NCBI GenBank assembly: GCA_000697335.1
Contig: JNEM01013675.1
Span: forward strand, 1-64,000
Length of the DNA stretch: 64,000 nucleotides
Origin: Conidiobolus incongruus B7586
Taxonomy: Eukaryota
Reading direction: 5' to 3'
The translations under genes and the position numbers were made by a program. The notes under the pieces were generated by a model. It was not told where the DNA came from. It was given only the letters and a program-made list of their open reading frames with translations, and did no database searches. Each line of letters opens with the position of its first letter. The stretch's first letter is position 1. Of this stretch, positions 12,714 through 25,705 are shown in pieces.

Positions 12714-12972
12714 CATTATTCATTCAGAATATCAAAGAGCTGTACATCATAATAACAAAATAAGTAAAACTATATAAGATATAATGTCTTCAAAATTAGT
12801 AATTTTTGGATTATCATTGCTCACCTAGCATCTATTAGTATTTGTATGATAAAATGATTTAAAAGTTATCAGTTGTTGTATTATGATAAACTTCATGATG
12901 ATACATAAAAATATTTTTGGGTGTTATTGATGAATTAATATATTAAAACTTTTTCGTAAAATTGGGCAAATT

Positions 12973-13762
12973 TTATCCTTGAGTTACCTTTTTACATGTT
13001 GTCAATAAATAGATATGATATTCAATTAAATTTATATTCATCAAAATAAGATATGTGTTAAATAGACATTTTTTGATCAATACATAAAATTGTACAAGGA
13101 TAATACTATTAAGAGTGGTACCTAAAAGCATTAAACAAGGAAAATTCATTAATTGACCAACGAGATTTCCTGTAGTGACTTTTGATAATGAATTGGCCAA
13201 TTCTAATCTATTTGCTCTCGGATAGATGGCTAAGTGTATTTCAATCTTGAAGATAAGTCGATTTGTTTGTTTCATTGCTTGCTCTTTATTTATATTTAAT
13301 TCTCTAATATCCATGCAAGCTTTGATATTTTGACTAATAGCTATTCCAATGTAAAAATGAGCTGCAAATAACGCATTTACTACCAATAAAATGAAAGACC
13401 AAATATGTATAGAACATAGCTTTTCTTAGTTCGAAATCTGGTGCTGAAATACATATAATAGCTAAATTCAGTAGATTAATCTAGGGAAATTCTATCATAC
13501 TAACGACCAAAACATCACAAAATTCAATAACCAATAAAAATACTCAGAATTAGTGGAGAAGCGCGATACTGCAGATAATTAATAAGTCTCTCACAACGCT
13601 CATTAAACAAGTATAGTACACTAAAAAATAAGTGGGAATGGAATAAAGATAATAGCACGGCAGTGCCATCGGTGAGCTACTATATAATATTCGTCGACGT
13701 TTGGCACTTTTGCGTATATCAACTTCCAAAATGAAATTGCAAAGTTCAAGATTAAATTCCAA
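12973..13762 (-). pseudogene. Frameshifted relic of a 7-TM (class A GPCR-like) gene
   Basis: Fragments in three frames with stops: LMSVVRDLLIIC (like the TM3 [D/E]RY region), LAIICISAPDFELRKAMFYTYLVFHF (ECL2 Cys then TM5), HFYIGIAI...KEQAMKQTNRLIFK (TM5-ICL3-TM6) and TTLNSIILVQF (TM7-like). Confidence 0.45.
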
Positions 13763-16504
13763 AGGATAGTTTTAAGTCAGTTTGGTTTTATTAGATAATT
13801 TTAATGTCAATTAATTATAGTTAAAGTTACTGGAATACTGCTAACTCCAATGATTATATAAATTAAAATTAATATTTCTGATTACTTGTCTCGATTATTG
13901 AATACTTTAAGATTGTCAACTGTCATTGTAAAAATTGGACTTTTTTGATTCATACTGGTTTTGTTATTACTATATCAAATATAATATAATATTGAATATA
14001 TTATATTTTGATTGATAGATAAAAATGCCTAAGTTTCAATTTGTTAAGGTTTTTATTACCTAAATTAATTTTAAAAATACGCGTATGTATATTAAACTTT
14101 AATATTTATTTAATTTCGAAACAAGATTTATACAATTATTTTAATCAAACAATTAAACCTATTAATAAGGATAATTAGAATAAAAGTTAATTGTAAGTAT
14201 ATGATAAGATATAGCAGTCTTAAATGAATTAATTAGATTTATATTATTTCAAAGAAATATTTTAACTTATTATTCTGCTTTTTATAATAGGTATTAATCA
14301 ATTTTTGATTACACTTTGCCATGATTTATTATTTACAATTATAAGGGTAATTAAAAATAAAATATTTTTTAGTTATGAATATAATATTTGATATTAGATC
14401 TGGGTTTTATTCAATTTTGTAATATATATATTAACCTTGTCAAATGATTGAATAATTATATGTTATATTCTTACTAATATTCATTTAAGAATAAATATAT
14501 GGGATAACATAATTAAAGATATAAAAGTTTCGATTATATATACATTTTTTTATCATATTAATGTCAATAATTTTAAAATTTTCAATTCTTTGAGTGGTTA
14601 CTATTTGGAGATAAGAAAATCTTTATTAAGTCAAAATATTTTATTATTAGTATTCTATGAGATACAGAAATTATCCAGCGGTTCAAAAAGTAATTTTCTA
14701 TACTTAAATCAAATACTATTTTTTGAATCATAATGATTTAACTTTAGTATTATTTTAAATAATGATAAGTGATCTAATAATTCATCATCTTTTATTTATA
14801 TTTATATTATAACATTATAGGAGAATTTTAAGCAAAAGCCAAATAACTGAAAATCACAGAGTTTCAAATTTTACCTAAGTGTTCCATGTACTTTCACTTA
14901 CTTAATAATTATACATTATTACAAGTTTATTTGAAGATCTCTATTGTAACATAGAAACTCCATCACAACAAAGAAACTTTTATGAATTTTAACCTTTGTA
15001 TTATTAAGTTAATTTTCTCTAGCTTAATACAAATATCCCATTTGATTAAAGTTTATACTTTAAATGGAATATATATATTAATTATTATTAAATTAGCTTG
15101 ATAATAAATAAGTTATATTGTTATTATGTGAAATAATATCTACTGAAGTAATAACTTAAAAATATAAATAATATTAAAGTGTCTGTTTAATACTTTAATA
15201 TTTTTATACTTAGTAAATATAATAAAGTTAATAATAACTTCCCACTGTTTTTTAAAGGTTATATATAATACTTTGTGTTTTTATATTTATATTAATTATC
15301 CTCCATAAGTGATTAAAACTTACTTTTAACATTTGGATTAGATTTAAATATAAGATTCTTATGGTTGTAATAATATTTCATATATTTAATATTTTAAAGG
15401 AATATTATGATTGTTCTATAAACCAGAGATTATTTTATATTTATTTTGTCTTGATATTAAGTTAAATAAAAAGTATGTATCAGAATATCATATTATATAA
15501 ATTATTCTTTATCATCCATTAACAAATACCTCCAAGTAAAAACTAATAGCAAAGGGCTTTTAAAGTATAATACTATAAACTAATTTAATCAACTCAAAGT
15601 TGCAAGATTTGATATAAAAGATTTACCGTGTTTAAGTTACATTAAATTTATAATAATATATACCTATAGTTAAAACTATCAAAGATTTATTTATTGCAAA
15701 ACATTGATTTTTATTACAACATCCATTATATTCACTAGATATATATGTTGGAGATTATTATTATTATTTTAGTAAATTAAAGAATTTGGCTCAAGGAAAG
15801 AGATTTAATAATATTCAACTTTATGTTTTAGAATTAAGGGCGTAATTTTGAAAATATATTATAAAAACCTATGTAAAGGAATTAAACAATTACCATTAGT
15901 TTAGAATTCTGTCATTGAAAACCAAGAAAGTTATTGATGATAAAAAATACTTTTTTTGATTTCGCTTTATTTATTTTTAAAGTATAAATTTGAAATTAAT
16001 AAACTTATTTTTTTAACCACTATATATTATATAAAATTTTCCTTAAATACAGACTTATTTTAAATCATTATAGTAATTTTGATCATATTTTTATCAAAAC
16101 TATAAAATATCAACTAAATTAATTATATATTTATAAGTCTTATTTATATTAGAAAATATGATAATAATAATAATAATAATGATATTATTAAATTATAAGT
16201 TTTTTATGATTTATTATAATAACCCAAATAAGATATTATTATTAAAAAATATATGAATTTGTATACTATGATTATTTTAAAATTAATTTATAATAAACTT
16301 TATAATAAATATAAATATTTAAAATGATAAAGTGAATTGAAATTAATACTTATAAAGATATTTGATTTAAATAATTATCAGAATTAAGAATATATATATG
16401 GCAAATTTTTTAATCTATGATTTTTCAAATATATAATTAGTTTTGAAAAATACATTATGTATAATATACAAGAGAATGAATATTTTCAAGGTATATATAT
16501 ATAT

Positions 16505-16610
16505 ATATGCTTTAAAAATATTAATCCTTTTATATATTTTATATATAATTTATTCTTTAAAACTAAGAATATGAGTAAAAAATCAGAAATTAGAAAGTTT
16601 GCTAATAATA
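16505..16610 (+). repeat. Short degenerate copy of the same dispersed repeat
   Basis: aaaatattaatccttttatatattttatatataattta...aatatgagtaaaaaatcagaaattagaaagtttgc resembles 34245-34335. Confidence 0.5.
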
Positions 16611-17618
16611 TTAATGCAAATTAGTTGAAACAAATTTAAGGATCAACATTGATATTATATGTATCAAGAAAAACTTTTATTAATATTGTTCAGTATGAAA
16701 AAATGGTTGTATGGCTAAGTATGTGCCTAGAAAGCACTTGATATTTTCCGCCAAGTATTAAACTGAGCTCATTCTCACTTTTACTGGAATCTTTCTTTTT
16801 CTGTCTATAATTGTCTATTTTTCTCCCTGTTTTATTTGACTTAATTATATATATATATATATATATATAATGGTATTTTTATGATTTTTCCCTCTTTTTA
16901 AAGTATTATATTTCATCAATAATTTAAAAATATTATTCATTTTTTGCAAGTATAATACATTTAATATTTAGTAAAAATAATATTGTTAATGAGTATTTTA
17001 AATATTGAAAAAAATATTAAATATCAGAATATCAAAAATATTATAAAATAATTTTATAAATATAACTTTATAAGCAATAAATTAATGAATTGAACAATTT
17101 AATAGAAATTTAAAATACTCTATAAATTTAACTATGATTAATATTATCAAAATGATGAATTGTAAATTGAGCTTACTTCCAAAGATCACAAATTTGACAA
17201 ATTAATAACATAGAAAATTCGGTTTCTTTCATAAATATAAAATCGGATTTACATATTGATCTATAATAATATTAGCATTTAATTTTATATTATATAAATA
17301 TTCTCTAACCTATGATTATTAATTTCGTTCTGAATCGATTCAATTAACTAAAACGACATATAAATACAAAGTGTAGAAAATTTAAATTACCAGACAAATT
17401 ACTTGATTTGTATAATTAAATTGGCAATTATGACATTGTAAATAAGGGCCATTTGCTATAAGTTGATTGGAACATATAAAACATGTGAAATTTGTCTCAT
17501 TATTAGGGGTATACATAAATGCTTGAATGGCCGATTCTATATCGTTTAACTCAAATTGTTGATATTGTTCTAATTCTGTTAAATAGAAACTGGATTAATA
17601 TATATCAATATAATGTGA

Positions 17619-18017
17619 TTATATAGATAGTGTACCTTCTTGTTGGATATCAAACTCACACTCCACATTCTCCCCGTTAAAATACTGCAAATAAAACTGG
17701 TTCCAAGCGTCTTCCAACTCCTTCCCATAGCTGACCAAGTCCAAATCATCTGTACTCATATCCAAATCATTCAAATTTTTAACCCTGTCATCGTCCGAAC
17801 AGTAATCTGTATTTGTATCCACTTCAGAAGTTTCTCCACTTTTTAAAAACTTTTCTTCAATCTTTCTAAATTGTAAATTATTCAACTCCCTCAAAGTTTT
17901 CCTTTGAATTTGGAAATTCTTTAAAAATTGGGATTTAATTAGCTTTATGTCGTGTTTATTGGTAGATTTGGGTGATTTTCGTGTAATTAAATGTTTACTG
18001 TGATTATTATAATTCAT
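17619..18017 (-). CDS. Hypothetical 132-aa protein (basic helical N-terminus, acidic C-terminus)
   Basis: ATG in an A-rich context, coding-like composition, and the shared TCCCA promoter motif ~90 bp upstream. No family confidently recognised. Confidence 0.65.
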   Translation of the reverse strand: MNYNNHSKHLITRKSPKSTNKHDIKLIKSQFLKNFQIQRKTLRELNNLQFRKIEEKFLKSGETSEVDTNTDYCSDDDRVKNLNDLDMSTDDLDLVSYGKELEDAWNQFYLQYFNGENVECEFDIQQEGTLSI

Positions 18018-20372
18018 TTTTTTATAGATTATGTGTCATTTTTAATAATTTTTTGGTTGAAGTGATAAATACTAATTATATATTTCAGTTTTTTAACTCC
18101 AAATATGGGATTGTTGATACAACATTAATTTAAATTTCACTGTCACAATCATGTCATATTTTATATTTAATGTTGATTTGACCAAAACCAATATATAATA
18201 ATACTCCATTTTGAAGTCTTATTAATTTAATATACATATATTAATTCCAAATATATTCCACTTTATCAATTTATACACCCAATATTAATTTGTCCTTATT
18301 TTACCATATATATAATGCTTATAACTTAAAACATCAAAATGGTTAGGGCACTGCCAATTCCTTTATCATTTTAACAATAACTAGAGATTTCATTCTCAGA
18401 TTGTAATACTTTATTTATTAGTATTCATACTATAATTATTCAATATTAGTTAAATAGCTCAGTTTATTTATCATCGTTCTTTAATATTAACAATGTAAAA
18501 ATTTGTATTTTTTTAATCAGACTTAAATGGAAATATAGAAAATTTATCAACCTTTTCCGTTGATATATATTTTATGTTTTAAAAAATATAATAAAATAAT
18601 TAAATTATTCTGATACTTACAGTATTTTTAGCCATTACTCTTAGCTTTTGCCGATAAATTTGTAAAGAAATTGATTAAATTTTGTCAATGATATAGAAAA
18701 TAAAATATTATAATTTATCTGGAACTAAAAGGTAAATAATACGGGAATCACCACCCAATTCAGTGTGTTTATCCAAAGGTTGAATTTGATTAAATTTAAA
18801 GAAATATTCTTTTTATCATGATTAAAACATATTACCTAATTTAAGGGGCCTTAGCCAAGTATATCTAATTGAAACAATAATTTCAACCCACTAAAGAATT
18901 TGATTAAACTGAGCTATTAAATATCTTGTGTTCACAAGATAATAATCTATATTCCACTTTAGAATAATTGAGAATTAATTACAGCACTTAACCAAATATT
19001 ATTATTATTGCAAGCCAAAAACTATATTAATCTTGTAGGATAATCGTTTCAATGATAATTTAAATATAATGCAATTATCATCAACTAAAGTACACAATCT
19101 TGTTACTAATCAAAATTCCAATGAAGTCCTAAAGTTGATATTTAAATCTATTAATATTACTAATTATTAAGTATTTATCTTTATATTAGAAAATTATTAA
19201 AGAATTTTGAATTTATCAAATAATCATTGTAAAAAATAATAAGTTTTATATTCAATCATATGAAAAATAATAATATATTCAACAAATTATATTAATTTAT
19301 TAAAGCGTTAATTATATAAAATTGCAAATAAATTTTTAATATATATACATAATAATTTGAAAAATGAAAAAATTTAAATTAAATTCTTTAATAATTCAAC
19401 TGTTTATAATTTAATTCTGTGCGAAATACTTTAAAGTGCAAAAGTTGATAAATTATTGATTTTTTTTTCAAAAGTTTTTATTTTTTTAGAATTTGAATGA
19501 ATATCATTATAATTCAAATTTTTGTTCTTATTTTAATTATATTCAAATATAATTCTGTTAAATTTATTAATTTTTCAAAATAAAATTTATCAAAATATTA
19601 AAATACATATATATAATTAATTTATCATAATATATTCATTATTATTTTTATTATTATATTTAATTTTGATAAATTTTTTATCATTTATAATTAAATATTT
19701 GATAATGCTTAACATTTCTAACATTTTAAATCATTTTCATTATTACTTAAAATTTTAATCTTATAATATGATAATAAAATAAAAGAATTGGTTTAATAAA
19801 TTACAATTTGAAAAACATCTATGACTAAGATATCATATTTTATCATTTAAGTGGCAACCTCAACACTCTAATTGTTCTTCAATTACAATAAGAAATAAAT
19901 TTTTTCTTAGTTTATTACAATTCAATAAAGTTAGGTTAAATTTGGACAAATTCAATTTTGAGGGTAGTATTTTAAACTTATTTGTAACAAATTAAAACTT
20001 GATAAAATTTTGACTAATTGAAAAAAATAGAATATCTCTCCACCTTCCAATTAAAAATTAATTTTCAAAATTAAGTGGTGAATAAGGTTTGAAAAAATAT
20101 CGTGATAGTTTTGAAAAAGAATGAGAATTGACAATGGATTTCCCGAGTGATTCTTAGTTTTATAGAGAATTTAATTGAATTTTCAAGAAATATTTAGGAT
20201 CCTTAAGGATACCTGAGATAACCCAAAATTATAACAATGCATAATATAATTAAATAACACCACTTTCTAATAAAATGATTCTTGACTAATCTTGAAAATT
20301 CAAATGACGTCAAGTATTTTTCAACATTACATCTATTTAATTCTCAAAAATGGTTTTAAATCAATTGATTGG

Positions 20373-21260
20373 TTGGGATTAGGGGTCGTTTGAGTTTGAT
20401 GTTGTATTGTTTGTGTCATAAGTTTGACAAATAAGTATATATATACCTAACTTAGTAGCCATTTCCCATCACCCCCAAGACGTGCATTACTAACCCTTCA
20501 GCCACTTCCCTCTTCTTTCGCACTGTCCTTTGTGTGTCTTCTTTCCTAATCCCAAGCCGGTTCATCTTTTACCATGATTGCTTAACTTAAATTATGACGT
20601 AGTAATAGTACCCACTATCCAAAAAAATGAAAATCCTATAATATTCTCCTTTAAACTCCGAGCCCTCTACAGAAGATGATGATTATGATTCCCTATAATC
20701 TTTGGCTCTGGTAAAATTCCTGTCCCTGTCCAGTGAAATGTAAAGCTTCTGTCATTTTCAAACGATGACGACAACGCGTGAAATATCCAATATTCCGAAA
20801 ATGAACGTCCATACCGGCTAGTTCCTCCAGAGGTCATATCTCAACTCTTTCCCATCGTCCCTTTAGGTACGCCTATACAAAATCTGCCCAAAAACAAGAA
20901 AACCATTATAAGATAAACTCCGAAAACCAGAAAATTTGAAAACATTCAACAGAAATTTATGAAAAATTTTATGAAAAAATATTAGGCTACCCGTTGAAGA
21001 GGGCCCAGGGTTAGAAGAAGTCTTCAAATTATCCTCACTTCCCAGTCCCAGTCCCAATCTCTATGTTCCTTTCACCCCGAGAGTCCGCAATATTTGGCAC
21101 GTCTTGAGATACACCGCAGCCAACTTTTAAAAAACACACAATATATATATATAAAATTAACTCTTATTTGCCCCTACCCTGTCCCCAATTGGCTGCAAGT
21201 CCTTGACCCTTTCTACCATCTCTAATTACTTTTCATATCCCTAATTCCCTCACCCACCCC
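20373..21260 (-). ncRNA. Putative structured non-coding RNA (telomerase RNA candidate)
   Basis: GC-enriched island with no real ORF. At least eight 7-11 bp complementary pairs. Several mismatches resolve as G-U only on the minus strand. CUAACCCU lies at 21014-21007 on the minus strand. The ends are approximate. Confidence 0.45.
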
Positions 21261-21552
21261 CCTTATATTGATTGACCCTTTCAGATATTTTAACATACCT
21301 TATTCCCAATAAACTTTTAACCTTATTGTAATTCTACAAATTGTTCAATATATTTTATTGTTATTATTGTTACTCTGTAATTAACTGTTTATAATTTATT
21401 GTAAATTTATTTAAGTGTTTGGATCATGATTAATTTTTAATCTCTTGAACGAGAGGTTTAGAATTAATCTCCCAAACCTTTTACATATTACCAAACCAAA
21501 GGTAATAGCATTAATTATACACAATATATTCACTTATCCATTTCACAATGAT

Positions 21553-22838
21553 TTATTGATGTTTTTTACTCAAATAAATATCTTCACAAATTTTTAAAAA
21601 ACAATTAGGGAATTCACCAATATTATGATAGCCTGGAAAATAATTAATATCCACTATGTTGTATTCCCAAGTATTGATATTTATCAGGATGTCAAACCCA
21701 AAAAATGTTAATTTCTATAATTGCATTAATATTTGACTACAAGTGTTAAGGATGATTGATTACCATAGATCGCCTCAATTCTTCAACGATTTTATTGAGT
21801 TTTTGATTATCAATTGAAGGTTTGGAATAGATGTCAAAATTGTTAAAAAAATGCCAAAAATCTTGAGGTTTTCGCGTTTCTTTATCCTGTCTGTGATGAA
21901 AATATCGAGGTACCTGTTGAGTGTTGAAAATTATTATAAAATCTACAATACATTAGTAAAAAATTAATCTAATATGGTCAGTATGTGCACCTTGATCGGG
22001 TTCAATATTTTTGAAACTTGGTCGAGTGTCGATCCAATAGGATGCGCCAGCTACGAATATTTTGAAGACGATGCCATTGTGATTAATGAAGTTTTGGATG
22101 AAGAGTTGTTTTTCTTGGATCAAATATGACGGGATATTGGATATTTGGTTAGGATGCGTTATCAGTGCCATTTGGTGGGAATCGGATGTGCCACATGCTG
22201 ACAGTTTTTTGATTACTGTATTATCATTAATATAAAAATTTTAAATTATAATAAGTATTTTATATTACGTATAGGATAAATAAAAGCTTCCCAATCAATA
22301 GTCTCCACTTCATAAGTCGAGCCATTAGGTATTGAAAACAACTCTAATCAAACAATTGAAACCTGTAATAAAAACATATGATAAATCAAATTACCTTTAT
22401 TATTTCCCAAACGAATCAAATTCAATAAAAAATCATTGGTAAGTTGTCTATCCAGAGTAAAATTTAAATTATCCAAATTATCAATTACAATACTGTTGGT
22501 GATTTGAAAGTATGTCTATTTACAAAATTAGTCATAGTCTATATGTTGTAGTGTTAACTACTTTGATAGTGTCCAACTTCTCTTTAGCTTCAGTGTCACC
22601 ATTTAGGCTTAAAACCGACATTTCTGTTAGTTTTTGAACTATGATATCGTAACGTTTGGCAAAATTAATAGGTTCATTACAATTGATCAGTTCTATAGCT
22701 AGATTTTTGGACCTAAATAAAGAGTTAATTTATTAATATTATGCTATGTTATTATGATTATTACTTCCCAAGTTTTACAATTTGTTCGCACCAAGAATCG
22801 TGAAATTTTTTGGGTGGAAATAACAAACCAATTTTCAT
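21553..22838 (-). CDS. ITPK1: Inositol-tetrakisphosphate 1-kinase / Ins(1,3,4)P3 5/6-kinase (ATP-grasp), multi-exon
   Basis: Manual splicing from the ATG at 22838 gives MKIGLLFPPKK...YDIIVQKLTE...IYPILIKKLSACGTSDSHQMAL...QNFINHNGIVFKIFVAG...FFGFDIL...IVDINYFPGY...HQ*, with GT-AG introns. These are the hallmark ITPK1 motifs. Confidence 0.9.
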
Positions 22839-24985
22839 TATTTTTTTAGAAAATTTTGCTTAATTATATTTTTTTAGGTGTTTAGAATGATTTTTTTGAA
22901 TATTATTTAATCGATGAAGTAATTAAAAATGAATATGATATCAATATTTATATATGTTGTACATTTATCTTATTTTGGTCGTTACTGATTGTTATATTTT
23001 ATGATTGGTAGTTGAATAATTCAATATTAATTGATTCAAGTCATGAATTGATTCAATTTTGACATGATATCAATCATTTACATTATTATGGGACTATTAG
23101 AATTATTAATTAATATAATATTTATCACTTCATTCGTATTGAAAAATATAATTAAATCAGCTTATTAAATATAATATATATAGTATTGATTATAGTGATG
23201 GAATAATAAAGAATAAATACTATACAATTGCTAATTAATTGTAATGTGAATTGAATCAAGATAAGTGACCCTTAGATAAAAGACAGATTACCTACTTTAG
23301 TAAATCACTTTAATTTAAAGCTTATGATCTCCTTTAAAGGAAATTTTTAAAAAAACTCCAAAGTTGATTCGGTGTATTGTACCAAATTATCAAATTTATT
23401 ATATTAAATTATATGATTATTGATTAAAAGAACCTAAATATAATAGGAAATATAAAAAATTGATTATATCTTTAAATTCAGTATAATTTCACTCGAAAAA
23501 TTTTTATATTTAAATTATTTTGAATTGAGTTTAATAAGATTTTGATTGGTTTTTTAAGATTACCCCTTTAGATTAGTTTTACCTTTATGAATAAAATTTT
23601 GAATTGAATAATCCATATTAAAAAATTAATTATATTTATATTTAGTAATTTAAATAATACTCATTGTGAATTCAAATTGAATTCTTTATTCAAATATAAA
23701 ATAATAACTAAATTTAATAAATAAAAAAGAGCTGTAATATAATTGAATTAAAAATTATTACAAATTTTTAATCTAAAATAAGTTTAATTAAACTCAATAG
23801 TTGATTTCTGGTATTATACCAAATTTCAAAAGATATTCAAAGATTTTTAGTGAGTTGCGAGAGTATTCGATAAACTCAAATAATAAAATATTATACAAAA
23901 GAAATAGTCATAACATTTGGTTTTCAACTTAACTTGGAACACTATGTTAACTATCTTATTTTGACTTTGTAACAGATATTTATTCTACTCATTATAAGTC
24001 ATAAATAGTTGGAATGTTTATCGTTATTTAAAAATATAAATTATTATATATAATACAATAACAATATTTTAAAAAATATATTATTAAAATTATAGTTAAA
24101 TAAAATATTAATACAATAAAATTTAACTAAAAATAAATTATAATTTGATAGACTAAACTTCAAACAAAGATAAAATAAAAAATGTAATTAAGGTCTGTTA
24201 GTTTAAAATATTTGATTCACTTTTAATTATTACTTGTCCCAAATAAAGTTATAAACCTAGTATTACATAGTTTTTAATTTATTTTATTAATATATTTGAA
24301 AAAAAATCAAATGCCAACCTATAGTCTGTTAATTAACTATCACGATTTAAATAATTAAATGCAAGGTTTTAAATATTATGACGCTAAAGTAAAAACCACC
24401 TAAATTAAAATAAATCAAGTGGAAAAATGATCTTGTTCTAACAATATTTTAGATGATACATAATTATTATGTGTATAAGATTCAAATTATTCCATTGAAT
24501 TGAAATCTCACTCATTTTTATAACAAATTTACATTTATAAAAAAAATATATTGAGAACATTTTTATTTGACTTTTTAAAGGAATATTGTAGATTATAGAT
24601 AATTAAAATCGAATGACTAAGTCTTACAAACATGACTCATTCAATAAATAGGATATTTAAAAAACTCTTTATTTGAATAAAGAATAAAAACTTAATTATA
24701 TAATTCTATTATCAATATAAAATTTATGGAGAAAATATAATACAATTGATAATATATCACCAAAAAAATAAAAGATAAACAATAGGAAAAAATTAGGAAA
24801 ACAATAGGATAATTTTTAGTTGTGATGATGAGAATAAATGAATTGGACTGGGTTGATTTATTGTACAATATAATAAAAAATAACACTATGAGCAACTAAG
24901 CAGCAATACGGTATATGCTATCTATTAGTATTCATAGGATTGGAATATATATGATGCTACAGATTGCTCATGGGATCTTAAACTT

Positions 24986-25327
24986 TTATGACGCGTGGGT
25001 GGAATGAGTATCGTTGAGGGAGCTGGGTAAATATCGGTTGTACAGTCGGGAGGAGGGGGAATTCGAAATGGGCGAGGCAGACGACGGGGATGAAGATGTG
25101 ATTATAGAAGAATTATCTGAGTGTGTTGTTGAGTTGATACTATTGGTTTCGATGGAGTAGCTTGCATTGACGGGGATTGATGCCGTTGTCGAATTGACCA
25201 AGTTGTGTGTGTTGGTGGTCAAGACATAGGAGGGATTGCTGTCCGCGAGCTGACAAGTCGTACTACAATATAGTGAACCTAAATTAGTTATCTTTTTCTC
25301 GCAAATAATACACCATTCAAAGTCCAT
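24986..25327 (-). CDS. Ecl1/2/3-family (extender of chronological lifespan) zinc-binding protein
   Basis: N-terminal WCIICEKKI...LYCSTTCQLAD (CxxC...YCSxxC) followed by a Ser/Thr-rich tail. Confidence 0.8.
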   Translation of the reverse strand: MDFEWCIICEKKITNLGSLYCSTTCQLADSNPSYVLTTNTHNLVNSTTASIPVNASYSIETNSINSTTHSDNSSIITSSSPSSASPISNSPSSRLYNRYLPSSLNDTHSTHAS

Positions 25328-25519
25328 TATAAAAAGATATCAAAACCGTATAGGTTATGTTAGGTTAGTGATTAGTCAAGATTCAAAAGTACAGTGCTTA
25401 AGACTGAGCAAGACTGTTTGGTTGAAACTGTCAACTCAGTGGCTAAGACGAAAGAAATAAAGATGCCGAGTGAAGTTAGTTGTAGTAAACTATCATCAAA
25501 GGTCAAGGTCGATCCGCAG

Positions 25520-25705
25520 TCTCCTTATATCCTCATCGCAAACCCTTATGAGTCACAATCAACCCATTTACACATTGAGAATCCAATTGAAAATCCCACG
25601 ATGACCAATCAATGAAATGATCAAAAGGGCATATCTGATTGGTAGGACCTTATTAATGGTTGATTTCACTTGATTGATGGCTTCATATGAATCCTCTGAT
25701 TGGCT
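25520..25705 (-). promoter_or_regulatory. Promoter of the left Ecl1-like gene (TATA-like element plus CCAAT cluster)
   Basis: ATATAAG on the minus strand at ~25524-25530; CCAAT/ATTGG at ~25584, ~25605, ~25638 and ~25699. Confidence 0.5.

Noticed and set aside
17619..18017. RPA-interacting protein (RPAIN) as the identity of the 132-aa ORF
   Set aside because: Only a vague resemblance in the basic N-terminal helix, and no C-terminal zinc finger. Left as hypothetical.
20490..20497. Plus-strand CTAACCCT as the template, 4 nt after a helix and downstream of CCAAT/TATA-like elements
   Set aside because: Not excluded but demoted. Helix mismatches are A.C on plus and G.U on minus, and the plus strand is C/U-rich.
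20863..21057. 64-aa minus-strand ORF inside the island
   Set aside because: Non-ATG start, low-complexity Phe-rich product, and all frames close shortly downstream even if the U-rich part is treated as an intron.
20373..21260. RNase P/MRP RNA, spliceosomal snRNA, SRP RNA or group I intron as the identity of the island
   Set aside because: A CR-IV-like UAGUAAU precedes one helix, but I found no complementary CR-I/CR-V (P4) pair, no snRNA 5' signature, no SRP helix 8 and no group I R/S elements.
25394..25615. 73-aa plus ORF, and likewise 29977..30225 on minus
   Set aside because: Both lie in the GC-richer promoter/5' UTR of the Ecl1-like genes and are explained by that composition.
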